64,000 nt of DNA from Porphyridium purpureum (Eukaryota). A model generated the notes under the pieces. That model had not been told where the DNA came from. It did no database searches and saw only the letters and a list, made by a program, of their open reading frames with translations. The position numbers were made by a program, and so were the translations under genes. The stretch is taken from positions 372,001 through 436,000 of the forward strand of contig VRMN01000004.1 of the NCBI GenBank assembly GCA_008690995.1, in the 5' to 3' direction. Below are positions 42,229 to 52,287 of the stretch, piece after piece. Numbering within the stretch: the stretch's first letter is position 1; the number at the start of each line of letters is the position of its first letter.

Positions 42229-43761
42229 TTATATTTGATGAATGGTCTCCTTTTCCTGCCCATAAATTTGAACCAAATCGTCCTTTTTAGCCGTTTTTTC
42301 GATTTGGCGTGCGTCAGTTTCAAAAAATGCGCCTTCCGAGATGCCCGGAAACGCAATCATAAGCACCACGGCTGGAGCCGATGCTTCGAGGCGAAGGAAA
42401 TCCCCATTTCGACTACCTACGCGTATGGTTGGCCACGGGCCAGAAAGATGCTGTCCTGAGGACGCGTGGCTCTGTACAAACCGGTCTGATTTCCGGGTAA
42501 ACTTGTCAAACACAAGCTGACCACTCAGTACACGTACAAAGGCAACGTCGCACGAAGCATTAAAAGAGTCTACGTGAGCACCGCTGGGGAGAATGTACAG
42601 AGCCGCTGACGAGCGCGTCGTGGATTTGTCCAACTCCACGCAGATTCGTTCCGAGAGACTGTTGAGATCATACTCGTCGAGACAAAGATTTCGCATCACA
42701 ACGTCGTCCATGTGGCGCATCAGCGCCGCGATCTCCACCTCGCCTTTCCCGGACGCGTCTTGCTCACCGCTCTCCAATGCTGCCGCTGCAGCGTTCACTG
42801 ATTCTACGAGACGAGGGAGCTTGGCGAAGGAGCGCGGCGCCGATTTTCTCAAGTGAAGCACCGAGTTCTCGGTGACAGCCTGTTCGTTGAGCGTGCCGCG
42901 AGCAGCGGACGCTCCGTGGGCATCCATGGCGCGCAGCTGTGCTTCGGTGCCGTCCAAAAGCTTGGGCAATGTCGCGCTCCGGAAGAAGGGCGTGACCAGC
43001 ACCGCGTTCAAGTAGGTGTGCTGAATGTTCATGCGCGTCTTCTTGTCGTGCTTCTTGAGAATTTTTCGAAAGCCCGTATAGTTGACCTGCGAAAAGTTCT
43101 CCAGCAGGACGAGCTCAGCGTGCAAGTTGATTAGCTTCTGCTTGAGCGTGTTGGCCGTCTTTCGCTGCACGCCATTCATGAGCGCGCGGGTGATTTCTGA
43201 CGTCAAAAACTCGTATCGAATGATGTACTCCTCCTCCTGGTCCAGGTAGAACTCGTTCACCTTGGCCACTTCCTTCTGCAGATACGCCATAAACTGTTCG
43301 TTTGGCACGCGCAGCGCGTTGGGCGAGACGAGCATCTCTCGCCCTGCGCCCGGTTCCGAGCGGTAAAGAGGCGGGTGCGGAACCAGCTCCTGCTGGCCTC
43401 CACCAACCGCGTGGCGCGCGTTAAAACCGCCCGATGCATGCCCATCGCCGTCATCATCTGAATCGCTCACGTCGCCGTGCTCGCGCGCATGCACGTCCGC
43501 AGCCGAGCCGTCACGCGGCGACTGCCGCTGCCGCGCCGTCGCCGCGCCCCCGCTGCTATCACACGTCAACTTGCGCTTTGTGCCGCACGCCTTTGCCGCG
43601 CTGCTGTCCATCTTTGCGTCGCCGCCATGCGCGTCCTCGTCCTCCTCCCTGTAATCCTTGCCAAAGATCATCTTCTTCAGCCCCTTGTAATCTATGAAGT
43701 GCGGCCGCCATTCCTCGGACGACTGCTCCACCGTATTCCTCAACGTCTTTCCAAACTTCAT
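42229..43761 (-). CDS. SPX-domain protein 2 with C-terminal cupin-like domain
   Basis: MKFGK, FIDYKGLKK, EVAKVNEFY, NYTGFRKILKKHDK. Confidence 0.9.
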   Translation of the reverse strand: MKFGKTLRNTVEQSSEEWRPHFIDYKGLKKMIFGKDYREEDEDAHGGDAKMDSSAAKACGTKRKLTCDSSGGAATARQRQSPRDGSAADVHAREHGDVSDSDDDGDGHASGGFNARHAVGGGQQELVPHPPLYRSEPGAGREMLVSPNALRVPNEQFMAYLQKEVAKVNEFYLDQEEEYIIRYEFLTSEITRALMNGVQRKTANTLKQKLINLHAELVLLENFSQVNYTGFRKILKKHDKKTRMNIQHTYLNAVLVTPFFRSATLPKLLDGTEAQLRAMDAHGASAARGTLNEQAVTENSVLHLRKSAPRSFAKLPRLVESVNAAAAALESGEQDASGKGEVEIAALMRHMDDVVMRNLCLDEYDLNSLSERICVELDKSTTRSSAALYILPSGAHVDSFNASCDVAFVRVLSGQLVFDKFTRKSDRFVQSHASSGQHLSGPWPTIRVGSRNGDFLRLEASAPAVVLMIAFPGISEGAFFETDARQIEKTAKKDDLVQIYGQEKETIHQI

Positions 43762-44163
43762 CTCTCCCGACCCTCTCCCATCCACCCTTCCCTCCCTCTT
43801 CCTCCCTCTTCCCTCCCTCTCTCTTCCCTCTCTCTTCTCCCTCTCTCTGTTCCTCTCTGTCCCTTTCTCTTCTCCCCTCAAGCTCCTTCCGCAACGCGTA
43901 TGAACAAACGCAGCCACTTTACATACAAGCTCGAGCTTACCGCATCGCTGCGAGCCATGACGTTGGCGGGTCGCGCGCAGCCGCATCCAAAAAATTCGGT
44001 TCGCACGCAAAACACTCGCGAAAAAGCACGCGCGCGGGTGTTCACGTGCTCATCACCTGGAGGTACAGCGGCGGATCGCGGTCGGCGCGGGTACGGCACA
44101 CGCGCGCGCTCGCACAAACTACGCGCTCCAACGCCTCGCGCTCCACGCCCGCCGGGTCGCCAA

Positions 44164-44231
44164 TGAACCGATAAACTGATAAACCGACCCATAAGCCGGT
44201 AAGCCGGTAAGCCGGTAAGCCGGTGAACCGC
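44164..44231. repeat. 8-bp tandem array T(A/G)A(A/G)CCG(A/G), including four perfect TAAGCCGG
   Basis: tgaaccga taaactga taaaccga ccca (taagccgg)x4 tgaaccgc. Confidence 0.85.
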
Positions 44232-44958
44232 GTGGGACTGCGTCATTGTGGAAGGCAGGATCTGGCGTGTGTGTGTTTTGGGAAAGGCACGACGGATGGA
44301 GTCGCGGCTCGTTGGCCGAGGGCGGCGTCAATGGCGATAAACGTTTACCCGGCGTCACGTACAAAAATTCTCGCAGCTAAAAAATATCGCCCAGACCCCC
44401 TGAACGCCATCACACCCCGCAGTGGAGCAGCGCACATTCGCTCCAAAGAAATCATGACTGGCTGTGGTTCAGCGCCTCCTCCGTATTACTAGTTCATGTG
44501 GGTCGACGGTCGGGCGGACAATGCCAGAATGGCATGATGTCCGCTGCGGGTTGCGTGGTGGAGTGGGCATTCTTCAACGGAGATGGCCGCGACAGGGCCG
44601 CGTGTCCAAGCACAGACGCGCCCAAGAATCATGCCACGAGGTGCTTGCCTGCGGATGCCGTGGAACGAGGATAGCATTCGATTGGATTCTGGCCGCCGGG
44701 TAGCAATTAAGACTTGCAAATTCAACCATCGCACGCTCCGACAAAAGCATACACAGGACAGTCGCCGCTAAAAAAAACGATGACACAGAACAAGGCAGCA
44801 CTCCTGGCTTCTTCCAAACGGCGAGGGTGCGGTAATCTTTTCCCCTCTGTTCGTAACGACCTGATCCCCGCGGCTCGAGGGAAATATGTTTGGGCCATTG
44901 CCCTCGTTTGCCTCCGAGTGCCTAGCACGATTCAAACGACGCGTCGTGTGTCCAGCCC

Positions 44959-45261
44959 CTATTGCGACTGTGCACTACTGGATGCCATCGACGTTTCTTC
45001 CTTAAACTTGATCCCAATCATGATGAAGCTGAGCACAATTCGTGCCTCGGACTCGGTGGTGCCAAACTGCTCGGCAAAGTCCACCGCCGACACCGTCTCC
45101 TTATCGTCGACAATGTTCGTCAAGTAATCCGCAATCTCTCCGGCGCGCTTCTCGCTTCGCAGATCATACTTGTCGAGAATCTGGTTGAAAATCTGCTTGT
45201 GCAATTCTAGCGAGCGCATCACGCGCTCCTCCTCTTGCTCCTCCGTCTTTGTTTCCGCCAT
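44959..45261 (-). CDS. Small acidic helical hypothetical protein (100 aa)
   Basis: ATG after a purine-rich leader; protein-like composition; divergent from the HISN7-like gene. Confidence 0.65.
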   Translation of the reverse strand: MAETKTEEQEEERVMRSLELHKQIFNQILDKYDLRSEKRAGEIADYLTNIVDDKETVSAVDFAEQFGTTESEARIVLSFIMIGIKFKEETSMASSSAQSQ

Positions 45262-45402
45262 CGCGCGCTCTCTCTTTCCCTCTCCTTGTTTCGCACGCCC
45301 GCCAATTCTTTCGGTCGACGTTGTCGCCGAGGCAACTCGTTCGACACCACTGAGCTTCTGTTTGCGATCGTGGTGGCTGTGGTGGACTGTTGTGGTTTCG
45401 CT

Positions 45403-47205
45403 ATGTCTGCGCTCGTACCTGCGTATGTCTGCGCGCCATGGGCATCAATGGAGGCCATACGTCGTCCGCAGATTCTGCGGGCAAACTCGCTGGATGTCGT
45501 TCGGTCGAGAACTGGACGGCCCGCAAGGCGGCGTCTGCGAGCGGCATGGCCGCATGCGAGGAGCGGCGCTGTAGATGATGATGATGGTGATCGGTCTGGA
45601 TCGGGTGCAAGACTGCGAGTTCCGTCGCAGACAAACGATGCACCCTGGAAAGAGTTGTCGGATGCGGAGAGGGTCGAGCTGAAGGAGTTTGCCGAGGCGC
45701 TGGCAGAGGCAGCGGAGCAAGTCGTTCGTCCATATTTTCGTGTGCAGCGCAACACGCTGAATATAGATAGTAAGGCCGACGCTTCGCCTGTCACGGTTGC
45801 GGACAAGAGCGCAGAAAAGGCTATGCGCACCATGATTGAGTCGCGCTTCCCGCAGCACGGCATCCTGGGAGAGGAGTTCGGCGAGTCAGAGCTCTTGAGC
45901 AGCACTTTTGTGTGGGTGCTCGATCCTATCGATGGCACCAAGGCATTTATTTCTGGCAAGCCCACCTTTGGTACTCTGATTGCACTGGTCATGCGTGGCG
46001 TACCCATCCTGGGCGTCATCAACCAGCCTATCAGCAAGGAACGCTGGATTGGCTGTGCATGGAACGAGGCGCTGCTTTTCAATGGTCAATATCTTCCCAC
46101 CTTGTCGTCTCGCTCGCGGGCCACGTCCAATCCCGCATTGCTGGCTGACTGTCTCATGTCAACAACCACACCAGATATGTTTTTGGGCACAGATATGGCA
46201 AGATATCGCGCGCTCGCCGCGCAGGTCAAAGTGGCCATGTTTGGAAGCGATTGCTATGCGTACGCGCTGCTCGCCTCGGGCTTTGTCGAGCTTGTTGTCG
46301 AGGCAGACCTGAAGCCGTGGGATTACATGGCCTTGATTCCGATTGTGCAAGCGGCCGGCGGAATCATTACTGACTGGCAGGGCCGTGCTCTGAACCTTGA
46401 GTCTGACGGCCGCGTGATCGCCGCGCTGAATGCCGGCATACACCGATCGGCGATAGCGTATCTTAGCGGATCGTTTGTCGAGGATGGCATGAGTGGTGAA
46501 GGTGGGGAAAGCACATCGGTGCCCTCACATATGTGCTCTGCCATGACGGGCTGGGGGTATGCGCGCCACATGCACAAAGTAGGCGGAGGCTTTTGCGCAG
46601 TGGCCATCAAGTGCAGCGCGAGTGATCATTTTTCGCTGCACATTGAGACTCTACCAGGAATGCTGGAGCCACATCGCATGGATTTGTTGGTGATGACGCG
46701 CGATGCGATCCAGCGAGGCGCCGCGGTAATCTCAGTTGAGTACATTGATAGCACAGGACTCAACGTACCGTTTTCCGGTGCAAAGTCTTTGTGGGATAGC
46801 GTGCAGATCGCTTTTCATGAGGCCATGCACAACTTTGAGATGCAGCGCGTCGCATACGGAGCCACGTTGCGTGCTGGCATTCTGAACAGTGTGCAATGCG
46901 CACAGAATATTCTGAAGAAGAACTCTGAATTTGAAACCCATTATCCTGAGCTGCACTCGACGTTGCACTTTGAGCTGGCGGTGATACAGAGCGCAGTGTC
47001 AAGCCAGAAAGGGCGAGCGCAAGGTAGCAGCGAAGCCCGGGTAAGTGGTCGGGCGATCTGCAGAGTGGTGGAAGAGCTGTGCGGAAAGATTGAGCAGAGC
47101 TACCGAGGCAGCAGCGGGAACCGCAATGTATCCTGTGGAGTGGTCGCGCTTCAAGTCCTTGAGCAACTTTACTGCATTCGCGACGATGCGAGGCAGCTGC
47201 GATAG
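45403..47205 (+). CDS. HISN7: Histidinol-phosphate phosphatase (IMPase family, HisN/HISN7) with C-terminal YicC-like extension
   Basis: KAD.SPVT.AD, HGILGEE, WVLDPIDGTKAFISG.P.FGTLIAL, DCYAY..LASG, LKPWD; N-terminal transit-like region; start uncertain. Confidence 0.85.
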   Translation: MSALVPAYVCAPWASMEAIRRPQILRANSLDVVRSRTGRPARRRLRAAWPHARSGAVDDDDGDRSGSGARLRVPSQTNDAPWKELSDAERVELKEFAEALAEAAEQVVRPYFRVQRNTLNIDSKADASPVTVADKSAEKAMRTMIESRFPQHGILGEEFGESELLSSTFVWVLDPIDGTKAFISGKPTFGTLIALVMRGVPILGVINQPISKERWIGCAWNEALLFNGQYLPTLSSRSRATSNPALLADCLMSTTTPDMFLGTDMARYRALAAQVKVAMFGSDCYAYALLASGFVELVVEADLKPWDYMALIPIVQAAGGIITDWQGRALNLESDGRVIAALNAGIHRSAIAYLSGSFVEDGMSGEGGESTSVPSHMCSAMTGWGYARHMHKVGGGFCAVAIKCSASDHFSLHIETLPGMLEPHRMDLLVMTRDAIQRGAAVISVEYIDSTGLNVPFSGAKSLWDSVQIAFHEAMHNFEMQRVAYGATLRAGILNSVQCAQNILKKNSEFETHYPELHSTLHFELAVIQSAVSSQKGRAQGSSEARVSGRAICRVVEELCGKIEQSYRGSSGNRNVSCGVVALQVLEQLYCIRDDARQLR

Positions 47206-47253
47206 AAGCAAGGCGCCGAAATGATATAACATATTCATTCTCAAATTCATTGC

Positions 47254-49611
47254 TTACTTGAGTCTAATAATCTTGCGCCGCTGCTCCTTGTAATCCAGCT
47301 CTTGGCGACGAATCATGGCGTTCAACGCCCAGCGCACGGCGCTGCGGGAATGCCCGGTCGCCATTAAATCGTCGTTGAGCTTCTTCTCTGAAGCGAGCGA
47401 GCCCAGCGGGAGTAGCTGCTTGACTGCGCGTTCAACGGCCTGTACTTCCGAGTAGAACTCTGGGCGCAGCGATGTTTCCATGACATGGTTCGTTCCAGTG
47501 TGTGCAGAATCCATCGTTGCTGCGCGGAAGAGTCGAATTGCCTCAGTGACGTGCACCTCTGTGGCCGTGCTGCTGAGCGTCATCTTGGCGAGCGACTCGG
47601 AAATGCGCACAATGGCCTCAAGCTGGCGCACCGTGATGGGAATCACGGGCGTCGAGTCTTCCTCACCCTCGACGCGACGGACACTCTGCCGAATGCTCAC
47701 ATAGTTGTTCCGCAGCACTTCAGCCGCTTCCTTGGTTAGACGCGGAGAGCAGCGCGCTCGGCAGTATGCTACGTACCGCTTGAGGGTATCCAAATCAAGG
47801 TACGCTTCGCCATCCTCCTGCAGGCCGCCATTAACCGCTGACTTGTTGCGCGAAACCATATTTCCCGCGCCATTCGCGCTTCTGGCATTGTTCCCACGCA
47901 TGTGCAGGCCCAGTACATGCCGCGCAATTATGGTGTCCTGCGCGTCTGAACGCACGTCTCGCACAATGAAGATCATGTCAAATCGTGACAGGATAGTGCT
48001 CTGGAACTCGATGTTCTCCGAGGCCGACTTGAGGTCGTCGTACCTTCCAAACGCCGGATTGGCCGCCGCCAGCACGGATGTGCGCGAGTTAAGCACGGCG
48101 GTGATGCCGGCTTTGGCAATGGAAATGGTCTGCTGCTCCATGGCCTCATGGATGGCCACACGGTCCGCAACACGCATCTTGTCAAACTCATCGATGCAGA
48201 CAAGACCACCGTCTGCGAGCACCATGGCACCGCCTTCGAGGTGAAACTCGCCGCCAGAGCCAGCGTCGCGCACAAGTGCCGCCGTCAAGCCAGCCGCGCT
48301 TGAGCCTTTTCCAGAGGTGTACACTGAGACGGGCGCTGCTTTCTCGGCAAATTTGAGCATCTGAGACTTGCCGGCGGAAGGATCCCCGAGTAGAAGCACA
48401 TTGATGTCTCCACGAAGTCGCATCCCGTCCGGTAGGTGCTTGGGTGAACCACCGAACAGTTGGCACGCGATAGCTGCCTTGACTCCGTCGTGCCCAAAGA
48501 TCTCTGGCGCGATCGAGGCGCAGAGCTTTTGGTACAGATCAGGCATGCGTGCGATGCGAAGCATCTGCTCCTCCTCCTCAAGGCTAAAAACATTCATATT
48601 GGAGCGGCCTCCATGCTGCGAATCGCCTTCGACGGTCATGCCCACTACCTGCAAGTATGGGTTGCGCACCGCCTCTGCAGCACCGCCCCTGCCCTGTGCA
48701 GCGCGAGACTGGAACACGGAGTATATGGCAACCACAGATACCCGCATACCCGGCGACGCCTGATCCACTAGCGCGCGGTTTACGCTGAGCATGACGGAGC
48801 GTGGCAGCTCGCCCGTCGGTACATTCTCTGGTAGCTCCTGCATCTTGAGGCGTTGTTGATCTACGTACTCGCTTTCGTCCGGCAGCACCACGAACGGATC
48901 AAGCTGGCACTGTGCGCCTCCATCCTGAACACCGCCATCGCACACGCGAGGCAGCTGCACGCCGCCAAATCCGGCCGGTGCCTTGAGCGTCTTGCGCGAG
49001 CGACAGTCCTTGCACTGGATCTTGATCATGCGCGCTCGGCACGATACAGCACTCGCCGAAATAATGATGCCCGAAATGCGCACCAACTTGGAAATGTGCG
49101 GTGACAGCAGGTCGCGGATTTGCATGGGTGTCTCGTCTGAGCGGATGACGAGCTGGATCGAGCCGATTTCGGCCAGCAGCGCATCGAATGCTGCGCGCTC
49201 CAGCGGCTCTGCATCAGTGCGGTGCAATGTCTCGGCGCCGCTGACATTCGCTAGCCGTGCCGCCACCTCGAGAGCGGCCTTCTCGAACACAGGCAAAGCG
49301 TCGTCTGGGCGCTTCCGCAGCGCCACAGCCAAGGGCTCATCAAAGTTCTGGAGGTCGCGGAGATCCACCTCGAGCCGACGTTCGCCGGCGTTCACACTGT
49401 GCTGCAGAGCCTCGCGGTACTTGAAGCGGAAGCGCTCGTTCGTAAACCCAAGGATAAACTGCCGAAAGCGGAACCTTGCCGCCGACGCTGAGAGGCCATC
49501 TGCCAGTGCGAACTGGCCGCTGCGCGCGCCAGAAGATTGCGAGCCGGCACCACTCCGCACGCCCGCCGACTGGTTCGAGTAGTGCACCGTGTCCTGCTCG
49601 AATCCCTCCAT
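47254..49611 (-). CDS. MCM5: DNA replication licensing factor MCM5
   Basis: MEGFEQ N-terminus, LPDGMRLRGDINVLLLGDPS, IDEFDKM, SRFD, PITVRQLEA. Confidence 0.95.
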   Translation of the reverse strand: MEGFEQDTVHYSNQSAGVRSGAGSQSSGARSGQFALADGLSASAARFRFRQFILGFTNERFRFKYREALQHSVNAGERRLEVDLRDLQNFDEPLAVALRKRPDDALPVFEKAALEVAARLANVSGAETLHRTDAEPLERAAFDALLAEIGSIQLVIRSDETPMQIRDLLSPHISKLVRISGIIISASAVSCRARMIKIQCKDCRSRKTLKAPAGFGGVQLPRVCDGGVQDGGAQCQLDPFVVLPDESEYVDQQRLKMQELPENVPTGELPRSVMLSVNRALVDQASPGMRVSVVAIYSVFQSRAAQGRGGAAEAVRNPYLQVVGMTVEGDSQHGGRSNMNVFSLEEEEQMLRIARMPDLYQKLCASIAPEIFGHDGVKAAIACQLFGGSPKHLPDGMRLRGDINVLLLGDPSAGKSQMLKFAEKAAPVSVYTSGKGSSAAGLTAALVRDAGSGGEFHLEGGAMVLADGGLVCIDEFDKMRVADRVAIHEAMEQQTISIAKAGITAVLNSRTSVLAAANPAFGRYDDLKSASENIEFQSTILSRFDMIFIVRDVRSDAQDTIIARHVLGLHMRGNNARSANGAGNMVSRNKSAVNGGLQEDGEAYLDLDTLKRYVAYCRARCSPRLTKEAAEVLRNNYVSIRQSVRRVEGEEDSTPVIPITVRQLEAIVRISESLAKMTLSSTATEVHVTEAIRLFRAATMDSAHTGTNHVMETSLRPEFYSEVQAVERAVKQLLPLGSLASEKKLNDDLMATGHSRSAVRWALNAMIRRQELDYKEQRRKIIRLK

Positions 49612-49752
49612 GGCGACAACCAGCCAGCACGCACACGATCCAACACGGCGAGAAGATCAAATGACGCCGTGCGTCTGGAGCCCGCCACTCAACCGAACTA
49701 GATACTCACTTGTCGCTCGTGCGTCATTCAGCTTGTGCAGACTACCCTCCGC

Positions 49753-49753
49753 C

Positions 49754-49784
<31 letters not shown>
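49753..49784. repeat. (CT)n microsatellite in MCM5 upstream region
   Basis: CT dinucleotide run. Confidence 0.75.
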
Positions 49785-49877
49785 TTGTTCTCCTTGCCTC
49801 ATATCTACCACATTCACGCTTGTTGTGCCGTCTTCACTTGCGTCCTGTGGCGCCTCCGAACGAAAAACAACTTTTGC

Positions 49878-49924
49878 GATTTCGCGCCAAACACCCCCCT
49901 ATGAGTGTGAGATTTCGCGCCAAA
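49878..49924. promoter_or_regulatory. Two E2F/DP sites upstream of MCM5
   Basis: GATTTCGCGCCAAA at 49878 and 49911; each holds overlapping TTTCGCGC and TTTGGCGC sites. Confidence 0.8.
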
Positions 49925-51371
49925 AACATTTTACGGGGTGTACAGCCGGTGAAACCCTGATGCTAACTGGAACGCATGGTTAGATCCAGGGTTTATGAGG
50001 GAATGAGAAGTGCGATGGAGCGTTTGTAAATGTTTGTGTGCTTCAGAGGAGTTATCGCGGCAGGTGCAGGAGCTGGGTGGATCGAAGGGCCTAGTGCTTC
50101 TTTGATCATGCGCTGGATACTGGACGGGTTGCGCATGCGGCATTCGCATAGCGAACGTGCCTGAACCTCTCGCATGGAACGCCACATTGACATTGATGGC
50201 GAAGGGAATGTTCTTGTGATGCGGAGGCGCTCAGGGAGAAAAAGAAAAAAGGACATCGAATTCTGAAAGCTGCCGCGGTGTAGCGGGTGGATAGTGAGAT
50301 GATCTTGTCGGCAGCATGGTTGTGTTGGCGATGTTGATGATGCGCTCAGACTGACAGAAACAGGCTACCGACTTTGCTGGAAGACATCGCAACAACGCGA
50401 TTCGTCTTGCCCAGAATGCTGGCACGCGGTCAACTCTGTTGTTTGGTCACGACGCCCGGGGGGCAAGTGGCCGTACTGGAGCTGAAACGTGGAGCAAAAG
50501 CCTTCATCGTTGAAATTGAGACCCGCGCGGGAACTCAACTTTCAGGAGATCGAATTGTACTCGCCGCATCCATGAACAAGTCATCGTCCCGCCACCTGGT
50601 GGCTCGACGGAAAGACTTTGTCCCTCGTGCCGTGCGACCGGTCGATGCGCCGATCCTCCGGCCCAACATGCTGTGCGACATCCCGGACCGGCTTTGTCGA
50701 GTGACGCGAAAAAAAGCCAAAGCGGTTCGGATCACGAGTGATTTCGACAGCTGAACACGTTTTCCATCGGAATGGCGGGGGGGCATGATCTCGTCCAATA
50801 TTCCCCAAAGTAGAAAATGTGGTAGGGGAAGGGGGGAACGCGAGGAACTCTCCGCGCTCCCAAAGTGTCCGGTAGGCAGACGCGGAGCAGGGTGTATCGA
50901 CGTCAACATTTACTAAAGCACACACAAGCACCAGCGCAAGCTGACTGGTCACGCCCGCGTTCGTCCCTGTGGTGCTACTGCATTCATTTGGGATTCAGCA
51001 CATCCATCATCCGGGTCGAATTCAAAAAAAGAAAGGAAAAGAAAGCCTCGCTCGCTCGAAGCGTTCGAATCTGAGCGCGTTGCGTAAGGCGGTGGAGGGA
51101 GGATGTGGGAGGGAGGGGGAAGCTACATTTCTACCGCGCTTTGCGGTTGGGTTCAATGAAATGGTCATCATCGGCGCGCTTTTGATGTTGGGATCCGCAA
51201 CGCATGCCTTGACACCACAATCATCGGTGAACGTGCGAGTGCGCCGTTCGGTTGAAGCGGAGGGTATATAGATGTCTCCCCGGGTATTTTGTCTAACGAG
51301 CAGGAAGAGGCGTGGGAAAAGTGATCGCGTGACAGAATTCCAGGCAAGTGAAACGCGAGCTAAAGTGAAAG

Positions 51372-51923
51372 ATGTCAAACTCGGCTGGCAAGACAAATGA
51401 GATAGCCCGAAACTCGACAGCGATGACAAGCCGTATGTCTTCGGCCGACACGCCGTTATGTACAAGATCAAGCGATTCGGCTGTTACGGCTCGGTCGGAA
51501 GGGAGACGCGCACCGGGCGGAGGAGCGTCGCGCTCCAGTCTTGAAGATTCGCCCGTGGACGTATCCTTCTACTCGCGGCGCAACCAGCTCACGGACGAGC
51601 ACGAGGACCCATTTAATTTCGATCTTGACCTGGACCTGGACGTTGCTGAAGCGCCGCGCTCCCCGGAAGAGCTCTCATTACACAACCGCAAGTCGCTGTC
51701 CTCTGGCAGCATACGCATGCGGCTGCGCGCGAGCTCGTTGACACTAAGCGCCGACTCTCGGGGGCTAACGCGCGGAGGCAGCACGCGCCGATCGTCGGCG
51801 GCCAGCATGGAACTGCACTTCAAGTGCCTGGACTCGATGAACCAGCTCACCGCGGTGCAATTCTCACCGCGCTTTGTGCCCACCCTCGAGCCCATTCCAG
51901 AAGCCGATGAAGATACCGACTAG
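51372..51923 (+). CDS. Ser-rich disordered hypothetical protein with C-terminal LxxIxE module
   Basis: Ends MELHFKCLDSM..FVPTLEPIPEADED, shared with the ORFs at 60504 and 62030. Confidence 0.6.
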   Translation: MSNSAGKTNEIARNSTAMTSRMSSADTPLCTRSSDSAVTARSEGRRAPGGGASRSSLEDSPVDVSFYSRRNQLTDEHEDPFNFDLDLDLDVAEAPRSPEELSLHNRKSLSSGSIRMRLRASSLTLSADSRGLTRGGSTRRSSAASMELHFKCLDSMNQLTAVQFSPRFVPTLEPIPEADEDTD

Positions 51924-52287
51924 CCAGAAGTACAGCGGCTGCTGGTAGGAATAGGGCATTCTCACCACACGCCATCGAAAGACTGATAAAACTCTCGCTT
52001 GTGCTCATTTCCTCCTCCTTGTGGTCATCCGAGGAGGTACAGTGTATTATAATAAAACGAGCGTGTTTTATGATTTTCGCTGCGCTTCCAAAGCGTCACC
52101 GTCCGTGTGAGGAAATCATAAAACGGACGTGTTTTGATATAGATTCGCGTGAAAGCTCTAGAAAAGAGAAAAGGCATGGCGGCTTGACCGAACCGGAGGT
52201 GGAGCCTGCGGCGGGTGTGGCACGAGGCGGATAGAGGGAGAAGGAGAGAAAGGGAGGACGAGAAGATGAAAAAGGTGGTGTCGATGG

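Noticed and set aside
44164..44231. CRISPR or telomere interpretation of the short arrays (also 1459-1547)
   Set aside because: No spacers, eukaryotic context, interstitial and too short.
35671..47205. Phosphate/inositol gene cluster (transporter, SPX pair, IMPase-family gene)
   Set aside because: The IMPase-family protein has HisN-type motifs, the transporter resembles sulfate SLTs, and ctpA intervenes; a functional cluster is unsupported.
50290..50420. Possible C/D snoRNA (TGATGA...CTGA)
   Set aside because: The boxes are only ~10 nt apart, with no terminal stem or guide.
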